64,000 bases of DNA from positions 40,040,388 to 40,104,387 of the forward strand of contig NC_092670.1 in assembly GCF_964355755.1 (NCBI RefSeq), in the 5' to 3' direction. Made by a program: the position numbers and the translations under genes. Under the pieces are notes generated by a model. The model was not told the origin of the DNA, ran no database searches, and saw only the letters and a program-made list of their open reading frames with translations. Source of the DNA: Antedon mediterranea. Its lineage: Eukaryota; Animalia; Echinodermata. Positions 53,794-64,000 of the stretch are shown one piece after another; the first letter of the stretch is position 1, and each line of letters begins with the position of its first letter.

Positions 53794-56700
53794 CTGAAAG
53801 AAATTTAATTCACATTTCTCATCAATGTATTCACTTTAAAATGAAAGAGACACAACGCAAGGACCTAGATGAAACGCAAGCGACTGTTCGAATAATCCAT
53901 CGCTTGTGATTGGTCAAATCACTATATGTTGCGTTACGTCCTTGCGTAGCACCTCTAGTAGGAACCACGCTTAAAGATTTTTTACAGCATCAAAGTTGTT
54001 ACTTACCGAGTGCACGTAGAAACACGAACTGTATTCCGAGAGCAAATGGTCGAGCTTTCTGTTCAACTGACCTGAAATACACGATTTATATAATACAATA
54101 TGATTGATCATTATTAATAATTACTGTATTATAATATATTAATTATGTATGTAAACGATTTAAATAAGAGTAGGCCGAAACCTCATAAATTGATACCAAA
54201 CGATCTAAGCGCGCAACGGACGAAAATCAGATACCTGCACACATACGTCATGAATACGAATATAACATTAATTGATTGTGGTCACTTTTGAAACATATCC
54301 TTTACTAATTGTGTTCACCAAGCCTAAAGCTTGGTTCCCATTGGTCGCGACGCAAGGAAGTAAGCGCGACGCAAGGAAGTAAGCACAACGCAAGTAATTT
54401 TACCAATCACGATGGACGTGATGGATCATCCAAATTGTGGCTTGTGATTGGTCAATTCACTTGTATTGTTGCGCTACATCGCTTCGCGTCGCATCAAAGT
54501 GGAAACAAAGCAACCAAACAAATGCCTTCTTACCTCAACGTCACCATGATTCCTGGTATTTGACCTAAGGTCGTGACCCCTACTACCAATATTAAAAACA
54601 CCATAAAAACAGGTAATAATTGGCAGTCGTTTTCACACGTCCCTGAGTCAGCAATGGACGGTCCCGGAATACATCGACAATCGGAAAATGTCTGAATTAA
54701 GAAAGGAGAACCGTTTCTAGTCCTTGCGTGTAAATGTATGTATGACAGAGGATAGTAGGCTCTCAGTATTATCGAAATTCTATTCTCATATATAAAAACA
54801 TTTAAACTAGGACGAAACGCAACCAAGTCAAACAAACAGTTCGGAGCAAATCACTAAATCATGGTTCCCACTAGCGACGCAACACAAGGACTTAACGCAA
54901 CGTAAGCAAGTTGACTAATGACAAGCGACTGTTCGAATAATCCATCGCTTGTGATTGGTCGAATCACTTACGTTGCGCGTACGTAATTGGATTGCGTCTC
55001 TAGTGGGAACCACGCTTTACGTTGCGCTTACATTCTTGCGTTGTGTCCTAGTGCGAACAAAGCATTAGTGAACGCTCCTTGGCTGCTGGAACGCCAAGTC
55101 GTTCATCTCCTTTGTAGTCTTTGTATATGCTGATAATTCAAGGACCTAAATTAATTTTAGATTATCACTTACATCTGAATCATCCCCATTTCCGCCAACA
55201 TCCGTCGTATTACACCCCGCGTAACATGCGCTGAAATACGTGACGTTATCACTGCCACATACGGGTTTGTAGTAGCTTTCTGAACAGTAGCAGTCAGCAT
55301 TGCATTGTGCTGTATAATTATCGTTATATGAAACACTGAAATGGATACAAAACAAACATAACAAAGTAAAAACTACTTTAAGTTCTCTCGAGTTCTTACC
55401 AATCACAAGCGACAGTTAGGATGAGCCGCCGCTTGTGATTGGTCAACTGTGTTGCGTGTGTACCTCAATTGGTTGGTTTAAGATTGGTTCCCACTAGGAC
55501 GCAACGTAAGGACGTACGCCGCAACACAAGGGGATTGACCAATCACAAGCGACAGTTCGAATAATCCATTGCTTTTGATTTGTCAATTCGCCGGCGCTGA
55601 GTCTTATGTCCTTGCGTTGTGTCCTAGTGGGAACCAAGCTTTTAGCTATAACGCCACGGTTTCCACTTAGACGCAACGCAACAACGTAGGCGCAACGCAA
55701 CTGAGTTGACCAATCACAATGAACAACGTGTCGTGATGGGTCAACTCACTTGAGTTGGACTTGCGCTTCACTTACGTCCTTGCGTTGCGTCGTAGTGGAA
55801 CCAAATAGCCTTGTAATGCCTGGTTCCCACTAGAGACGCGAGACAAAGACGTAACGCAACGTAAGTGAGTTGACCAATCACAAGCGATGGATTATTCGAA
55901 CTTTCGCTTGTCATTGGTCAACACGCTTGCATTGCGTTTACGTCCTTGCGTTATGTCCTAGTGGTAACCAAGCTTTATGTACGTCTTAAGTTACTAATGC
56001 GCAAACAGAGTGTACAAGATTTATGGATTTAAGACAATTTAATCCGGAATAAAGCAGACCTTGGTCTATGTTTATAATAACACTAGTGGAATATAAATAA
56101 AATCGTTATTAATAAACATTGTATATAAACATACTATGGCTGTTTTTATTAATATTGGCACGTTCGCGTAAATAACGTATATTTACGCTCGTTCACGAAA
56201 AGCAAGGCGAGTTCGTTGACCGGTGTCTGACGCCGTTTTCAATCACATCTTTCCGTGCCATAACTCGTCGAGGCTCAGTGCGGGTATGGCAGGCAAGATG
56301 AGTTTTGAAAAAAAAGTACAAATTGTACTGATTGTAGGCCTACTTATTGACCTAAAAGTAACTTACCTATCGATATATGGCACACTAACACCGGCTACTT
56401 TGAGGGTATCACAGTGAAACACAAATAATAAAGCGAATAACAGAAAGGCACACGTGGTAACGAAAAAGGTAAACTTGGCCGTCTTCTCCAAATTCAAATT
56501 AAAACGTTTGATGATGTAACCGCCCAGAGCTGTACTAATGGCGGCGGCCGGTATAAGAGCCCCTGCAAGAGAAAGAAAAACATTCAAAATTTCGAAGAAG
56601 AAAACTGTTATCGGCCTACTTGAACACATTAAGCATACGCGCCACAGACAACACATTAATTGAACACATTAAGCATACGCGCCACAGACAACACATTAAG

Positions 56701-59700
56701 TGAACACATTAAGCATACGCGCCACAGACAACACATTAATTGAACACATTAAGCATACGCGCCACAGACAACACATTAATTGAACACATTAAGCATACGC
56801 GCCACTGACAACACATTAATTGAACACATTAAGCATACGCGCCACAGACAACACATTAATTGAACACATTAAGCATACGCGCCACAGACAACACATTAAG
56901 TGAACACATTAAGCATACGCGCCACAGACAACACATTAATTGAACACATTAAGCATACGCGCCACAGACAACACATTAATTGAACACATTAAGCATACGC
57001 GCCACAGACAACACATTAATTGAACACATTAAGCATACGCGCCACAGACAACACATTAATTGAACACATTAAGCATACGCGCCACAGACAACACATTAAT
57101 TGAACACATTAAGCATAAGCGCCACAGACAACACATTAATTGAACACATTAAGCATACGCGCCACAGACAACACATTAATTGAACACATTAAGCATACGC
57201 GCCACAGACAACACATTAATTGAACACATTAAGCATACGCGCCACAGACAACATTAAAAGGAAAGTTTTGAGTATAACCACAATTTAGCAGAAATTCAAT
57301 AAAAATAATAAAATAAATGTTGCCTTTTATTCTAAAAAAACAACATTTCGATAAATATTTCATTCTTTATTGACAACTGGGGATCAGTGTCGAACATGGC
57401 ACACAAATAGTAGGCAATACAAGCATGTCAATAGCAATAACAAACAACACATTAATTGAACACATTAAGCATACGCGCCACAGACAACATTAAAAGGAAA
57501 GTTTTGAGTATAACCACAATTTAGCAGAAATTCAATAAAAATAATAAAATAAATGTTGCCTTTTATTCTAAAAAAACAACATTTCGATAAATATTTCATT
57601 CTTTATTGACAACTGGGGATCAGTGTCGAACATGGCACACAAATAGTAGGCAATACAAGCATGTCAATAGCAATAACAAACTTGGGTAATATTTTCATCG
57701 TCAACTAATGGGTAAATAATCGTGACAAATAAAATTAGAACATATGAATTTCTTAATTCTATATTGACAAATAAATTATTAAAATCAGTTACGATAAAAA
57801 GGTAATTTAAACAGATTCGAACCCACGACCTCATGCTTTACTAAGCGTATTACTCATTATACTGTCCATTGAGCATGTTATTTCTACGTATTCGCGCGAA
57901 TTTAAAAGAGAGTTGTTTTAAGGGGCGCCGTTCGAGACATTACTAATTATGTCAATATAATACACCTATGTAACATAATGTATTAATGAATAATTTAATA
58001 ATTCTGATCACACAAAGTATATACAGATTGTATTATAACGAGTAGGTTATAGGACATTACGAGAATTCGTATTTCTAAGAAATAAACATTCTGTCAAGAT
58101 GAATTATAAAATATGTCTGTCTACTGAATTCTGATTTGCTGAAGGCGGGGTTATTAGCCTGTGCGTGTATGTGCTGTCGATACGGATCGTAAACTACTCT
58201 TGTCAACATATTTGTCGATGAAAAACAAACACGTGACGTGTGATATGACGATGGCAGTTGAGATAGGCGTATATTGATATTAATTGAAAAGCATGTAAAA
58301 ATTTTAAAAAACAGTAACTATGTAAAGCAAAAGAAGTAGTAGTAGTATTTTACTCTCGCATTTTTCGTACAGTAGGCCTACTGTTAAGCTCTGTCTACAC
58401 TATCAAACTAGTTCGGCAAAAAAAAAAATGTTTGGCACATAAATTTGATAGTGTAGACAGAGCTTTACTTCACTAACCTACTGTATCTCACAGTTTGCGT
58501 AAAGAATCGGTAGTAGTATTCCATATAGAATTACATTTCGGATAATAAATCGATAAATCTGTTGGCCCAAAATAACCAAATCGGTAACAAAATGATTTGT
58601 TCAGCTGTTTTAACCAAAGAACTATTACGGTTACCCTGGGAATTAGGCGTTACCCCGGGAATTACGCGTTACCCTGGGAATTAGGCGTTACCCCGGGAAT
58701 TACGGTTACCCTGGGAATTAGGCGTTACCCCGGGAATTAGGCGTTACCCCGGGAATTACGCGTTACCCTGGGAATTAGGCGTTACCCCGGGAATTACGGT
58801 TACCCTGGGAATTAGGCGATATCCTGGGAATTACGCGTTACCCCGGGAATTACGCATTACCCAGGGAATTACGCGTTACCCTGGGAATTTCAAAGGCTCG
58901 TCGATATCGTTAGGGCCTACGTCACATCTATGACGTAAAGAAATGTCATACGACACCTAAAAAGTCAAGTCACGCTTTACAATTTTAATACAAGACAAAT
59001 TAGTATTTAGTATATAATGATATTTGTATTACTAAGTCATTAAACCGCGTAGTTCGGTGTATATGACTAACAGCTACATCTACTTTGCATCATATACAGT
59101 GTAAATTGAATTCATTCTTAATAGCCTAGTTACATATATGTTACGTGATACGTTTCATGGAAATAAGGCCTCATGTTTAATTCAAAAACATATTATATGG
59201 CTGCAATCGCCTACAACAGTGTAGTTTAAGTAAAGGCTCTTTAATAACAATCATTGTTCACATTATGATGTCATTATGAATCGGTAGTCATTATGACATC
59301 ATAATTCATGAACCCGTTTACCCGGGTAATTACATTTCATGAGCACAGTTTATCGCTAACTTTGGTCCAGGGTAGGAACCAACTTACACGTGTAAATATG
59401 AATGTGTACACGAATGTACTTCGGATGATAATGACGTCATCATTCTCTTATTAATGACGTAATCTTTCTAGTAATGACGTCATACTAATATTACTGACGT
59501 CATCATATCTTACCTGTTAAGTACGACGCTTCAGTGTTATTCACACCGAACTGTGAGCCTAGAAACTTTGGAATGAAGTAGAGAAAACCGGTGACGATTG
59601 AAATCTCCAAACAGGCCACCATGCAAATGCAGATATACGTAGGATTAGTGAGTAGGCTCACCAGAGCATCTTTTAAATCTGTCGACAAAACATGAGAATG

Positions 59701-62417
59701 TGCATCAGTAAAAATGCGCTCGCATTTAGATTTAGAGCGATACAATCAACACCTCGATTGTACGCCTACAGGCAGCATATTTCCCCAGACGAATGAACGT
59801 TATACCTCACGACAGTACATACATTTTATTAAGCATTATAATATTGAATATTTGCTGGTGCTGTAAATGTCACAACATTTACGCAACACAACATCCTTCT
59901 TCAACAATTTGTTTGAAATTTAATAATTACCCAGAATCCTTTAGATATTCGAGAGTAACTCGACTAAACAAATCATGTTTGTTTGAAATAGAAACTACGG
60001 ACAGGTTTCGAAATTATTCTTTCAAACGCAACCGAAAAGTGGAACTTGCTTTTTTTTATAGCGCATTAAATATTTTACGGCATCTCAAATGGGGTTTTCA
60101 TTACAAAATGATTCTTTATTCCATAATGCCTTCTCAATTTGAAATTATTAGTTTCAATGGTGTAGCCAGTGGGCATCGTTGATATCCTGATCATTTTGCG
60201 CGCGACGTGACGCGCAGGCGCATAAAAGATTCACTCACCAGATAAACCTGTACAATTGAATTGCATATTAACAACGTCATTGTCGTCTGCTGTCGACACG
60301 TCATCATCTTTTGATTGTTGCCCCTGTAGACTCTTCGGGAATGCCAGGATAGGAAGAGCAGTCAATATCATGAGTGTACCGCATATTAAATAGCCTAGCC
60401 ACCAGGCACCGACCCACTGAGGGTCGTCGATATCTATAGGCAGATCAGATGTATCAACCCGGCCAAAATCCACGTACACGCTGACACAAATACCACCAAG
60501 AATAAATCCCAAAGCTGGGCCTACAGCGGTCATACAATACACGATAGCTGTCAAGAAAAATTGAAAATAAATATAAAAACAGGCGCCAGTGCAGTTACGA
60601 ATATTGATGCGCAGACATCATGAATGTACTAGTCACAAAGTTGACGCGCGCGTACATAATACGTGCTATTACTATTATCATCATGTGAACGCACGCGTAG
60701 TTTGTGTTTTTACGCGATGCCACTGATAAATTAAAAACAACTTAACATATTGTGATCTATATAAAAAATTAGACTAAATAAACATACGCATGAACACTGT
60801 ATGAGACGATTTTGTACAAATAACGTACTAATTATGCCTAGAATGTATTTGTGTGAATCGTCGAAAGCGTAATCTAATGTATGCATCATTGTTTAATTCG
60901 GATACGGATGCATAGGTATATTTAATCTAAATAATTTAAAATTAATTACATTTAATTTCGCGAATATTAAACAGTACACACATATTCCGTAACCATGGAT
61001 ACTAGATTCACCGCTTTGAAAAATTATGATGACGTCACTCATCACGTTGATTTTTTTTGTCGAATCATGGGATGAGTACTTATTTACTACGTGACTGATC
61101 AATATCAGACACAATAAAGAAAAAAGTGTTAATAAATTAAAACGAAAATAATATCTATAACAATAGTTCGTATTATTAAGATTCGATATCATCAAGTTGG
61201 GTCACGAATATGATTTTATGTGTACGACTATTTGATGATGATTTATACAAATTACACAAACTAACTTTATATGTTTACATTATAAACACAAGTGATGATT
61301 CCACGTTTGTTTTGTGTATATAAAACTGGCTTATTGACATGAGTCACTTTTAGGATAATAATTATTGTCTTTGGAAACCAGCTCACGTGAGCTTGCTGAC
61401 TATATCGCCGCCCATAGTTTTCTTTGTCTTAACGACTTTAAAGTGATTTCACGGAAGCTCTTTTCAAACCGGTAATTGCGCGTGTTATAATATTGAATAA
61501 CATTATTATTATTCCGGATATCTACTATAATAGGGTCAGGGGCACAACCTTACGTTCAATTTATTCCAGATATAACATTTTATTCAGAAAAATGGTTTAA
61601 GAAAAGGTACTTTGATACGCGCGCGTATATATTTTGTACGACGCGCGTGTCAATTTTGTCCCATCGTAGAAACGACGCACCATTTATTGCGCGCGTAATT
61701 TAAAAGTTGAATAATCTCACCTATATAAATTGCAGCATTGTCTTTACTGACATTGTCATCAAGGTAGGTAATGCCAAGCGTGAACAGAGGTGCCGCTGAC
61801 ATCCCTAGCAACATCTGAGCCAGTAGAAACACGATTATTAATTCGGAATCGGTATTGTCACCTAAACAGCCATAGTAACCATCCTTATCGGCATTATTCG
61901 GGTCGATCATCCCTCCTGAATGTGTTCCACTAGACGAACTTACATTTGCAGATCCACAAAGTGGTTCTGCCGTGGTGGAGTTCTCTACCCCTGGTAGTTT
62001 GTACTCGCCGCCAATGAGATGGGGTAAGGTGAATATAAAGGCCGAAAAGGCCATGAATATAGCCCCACATCCAACCCATTTAGGCCGACTACTGCCAGGC
62101 CGTCCTCCATAAAAACTGACAAAAGCTACAACCAGTAAATTACCAATCTCGTAGCCACTGACAATTAGCCCTGCTTCGGTACTTTTGAGCTGAAAACGTC
62201 TTTCAATGGTTACTATCACACTACTTGTATACCCAACGATCATCATGCTCTCGGCTAAAGTTAATAAACACATAAAAAATAAGAACCCTCTTGGTGTGGC
62301 CCATCGTTGGATCCACGACGGTCGCCACATTCCAAGTCCGCATTTTACTTCTGCAGTATCATCACTATCTTCATCATCGCCTACCTGGTGACTACGACGG
62401 TCGCGTTCAGACGACAT
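53459..62417 (-). CDS. SLCO: Solute carrier organic anion transporter (OATP/SLCO family), complete 8-exon CDS, 695 aa
   Basis: IERRFQL, YEIGNL..FVSFYG, LGITYLDDN, GPALGF, OATP signature DPQWVGAWWLGYL, Kazal-like CxC..PVCGSDNVTYFSACYAGC, YIPSPIYYG..DKSC.LW; exons sum to 2088 nt. Subfamily not assigned. Confidence 0.96.
53850..53972. mobile_element. MITE family B, partial
   Basis: ttcgaataatccatcgcttgtgattggtc core and right TIR. Confidence 0.75.
54007..54071 (-). CDS. SLCO: SLCO coding exon 7 (SVEQKARPFALGIQFVFLRAL)
   Basis: tcag|...G|gtaagt; absent from ORF track. Confidence 0.92.
54328..54512. mobile_element. MITE family B
   Basis: aagcttggttccca...gtggaaacaaagc. Confidence 0.78.
54534..54691 (-). 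CDS. SLCO: SLCO coding exon 6 (FSDCRCI...MVTLR)
   Basis: tcag|...AG|gtaaga. Confidence 0.93.
54862..55065. mobile_element. MITE family B plus duplicated right end
   Basis: tggttcccactag...ctagtgggaacca. Confidence 0.8.
55173..55335 (-). CDS. SLCO: SLCO coding exon 5 (Kazal-like loop)
   Basis: tcag|...|gtaagt. Confidence 0.93.
55397..55975. mobile_element. Cluster of 3 full and 1 partial MITE family B copies
   Basis: copies at ~55397, ~55484, ~55655, ~55818. Confidence 0.82.
56367..56562 (-). CDS. SLCO: SLCO coding exon 4 (GGYIIKRFNL...VAGVSVPY)
   Basis: gcag|...AG|gtaagt. Confidence 0.93.
56620..57256. repeat. Minisatellite 40 bp x ~16
   Basis: tgaacacattaagcatacgcgccacagacaacacattaaK. 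Confidence 0.97.
57210..57681. repeat. 236-bp direct tandem duplication
   Basis: 57210..57445 repeated at 57446..57681. Confidence 0.92.
58387..58464. mobile_element. MITE family A, internally deleted (78 bp)
   Basis: TIRs, TTA TSD. Confidence 0.88.
58625..58889. repeat. GC-rich 18-19-bp repeat x ~14 (GTTACCCYGGGAATTASGC)
   Basis: tandem array. Confidence 0.93.
59514..59678 (-). CDS. SLCO: SLCO coding exon 3 (LLTNPTY...FIPKFL)
   Basis: acag|...G|gtaaga. Confidence 0.93.
60239..60547 (-). CDS. SLCO: SLCO coding exon 2 (WVGAWW signature)
   Basis: acag|...G|gtgagt. Confidence 0.94.
61721..62417 (-). CDS. SLCO: SLCO coding exon 1
   Basis: ATG at 62417; donor G|gtgaga; probable acceptor at 62840 gives ~420 nt of UTR. 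Confidence 0.94.
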
Positions 62418-63405
62418 TGCTTACGTAACACAAAGTATATTGACTACAACGAATATAAACACATAGTACTATCGCGTTCAGACGTATCACAAAATTACAC
62501 TGGCAATATTTTCGATCACAAGCGCTTAAAATTCTCAAAATTTATGCCGTCTTTATCATTTAAAATTCTTGAAAGCTAGGCCAGCGCCATTCACGTTTTT
62601 CAAAGCACATCCTGTCGGCTTGGATCGAGATTATTTGCATCTCAATGGATACAGATCACCTAACCGTGACTACTTCAGCATTCATAATTTCTATAGCAAT
62701 CAATAAATAAAAGTACTTGAGCTGTCACGGTTCACCGATTTTCGTCACAGGAAATTCTGCTACGGTAAGGTTTATTGCTATAGGTCTTTGTACCAAAAGT
62801 CATAACAATCACAGAGATTTCCTCATAATAATTCATAAACCTGCAGGAAACAAAACATTCGAAACATTTTCCAATTAACACAGTGATTGTATTTCCTTAT
62901 GCACAATATTATTGTATGTACTTGCGGTGCGCCTAGGCCTATTTCCTTTCGTTGCGTCTAAAGTAAGAAGTGCGTTTTAATAGGGAGCGTCTACAATACG
63001 ATACCACTTTAAGTCTGCGATCTAACTAGTCACAATAATATTCTTCTTTTTGGAATTATTTTCATTTTCAGCGGTTTTTATTTAATTTGTTTGTTTTTTT
63101 CAATTTTTTGGTTTGGTACACAATTTGGACAAGATCATTAAATAAGGGCGTTTATAGGTAAACAAAAGGCCTATCATGGACCTCTTTCCTCCTCATCCTC
63201 CTCCTACAGTAGGCCTCCCTATCTACTCACCTTCTCTTTCCCCGCCGCCTATCTATTATTATAATATATTTATTTATAATTGCTTGATCATTCAAGATAT
63301 AAAATCAATTATTAACTAAATATGATTAATTGACGGACACTGATAGCATACATAATATATACTATTTTTCTTATTGTAGGCCTACTTGTATAGAGAAGGA
63401 CTTAC

Positions 63406-63830
63406 AGATGTCTTCTACGGTCAGTATAAAATCATTGCAGCGATTCTCTCTGTACCAGCAGGGTACTATCCCCCGCCGGGCCTGCCGCTCTCATCGCCTG
63501 TCACTGGATTACACAAACATAAACAAACCATACTCCCAGGCCTAGCAAAAGGCCAACATGGACTTATTCACTTCAAAGCCTAAAAACAGACTATATATAC
63601 TTTGTAAAAAAAACAGTACTTACTACAATTTCGATGTGTTGACAGATTTCAGAGATATAAATTCGAAAAATCAATATTATTATCGTTGTGAAAGATGTTA
63701 TCTTATACACGGCGTACACAGAGAGAGAGAGATCAGGTTTCACTGTGTGCTGCCCTCTATAGTTATGATGATGTTACAACAACAACTAGCTCTGTGGTTG
63801 TTTCTGGTGCGCAGTATCTACGTATCATCC
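63406..63830 (-). other. Candidate non-coding 5' exon of SLCO (5' boundary uncertain)
   Basis: minus-strand donor CT|gtaagt at 63405, GC/CpG-richer block, acceptor at 62840 downstream. Confidence 0.4.
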
Positions 63831-64000
63831 GTATTTACACGTGATATGTAACGTATCATCATCAGCAGCTTAAGAATTTCTCGGAAAAGGACATAATATA
63901 CCGTAATATATATAGATACAAAAAAAACTTATGCAAAAATTAAATCCGTATATGAAATTGTAGACCAAATGTAATTAAACAGCGGTCTAAATTAAAACAT

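Noticed and set aside
57812-57880. Minus-strand GGTTCGAATC B-box, possible tRNA
   Set aside because: No convincing cloverleaf; more likely a decayed SINE head

Overview
AT-rich, intron-rich eukaryotic genomic DNA from a bilaterian invertebrate (a marine deuterostome is my guess, not proven). Two protein-coding genes converge tail to tail. On + is most of a Scribble gene (LAP4 family): the last LRRs, LAPSD, four PDZ domains and the C-terminal tail. I hand-spliced about 34 exons from 3835 to ~47.3 kb (~1400 codons); the 5' end lies upstream of the window. On - is a complete SLCO/OATP organic anion transporter (8 coding exons, 62417->53459, 695 aa). Introns hold several non-autonomous DNA-transposon (MITE) families, some nested, plus SINE remnants and more than 20 minisatellites; the long low-complexity ORFs in the track are artefacts of these arrays. 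Most notable: tandemly duplicated exon-end/donor units at the PDZ3-PDZ4 junction, candidate microexons and alternative C-termini of Scribble, a hairpin-built higher-order satellite between the two genes, and a visible CpG-poor to CpG-rich switch between them. Exon coordinates come from manual GT-AG and frame reading, with no transcript data.
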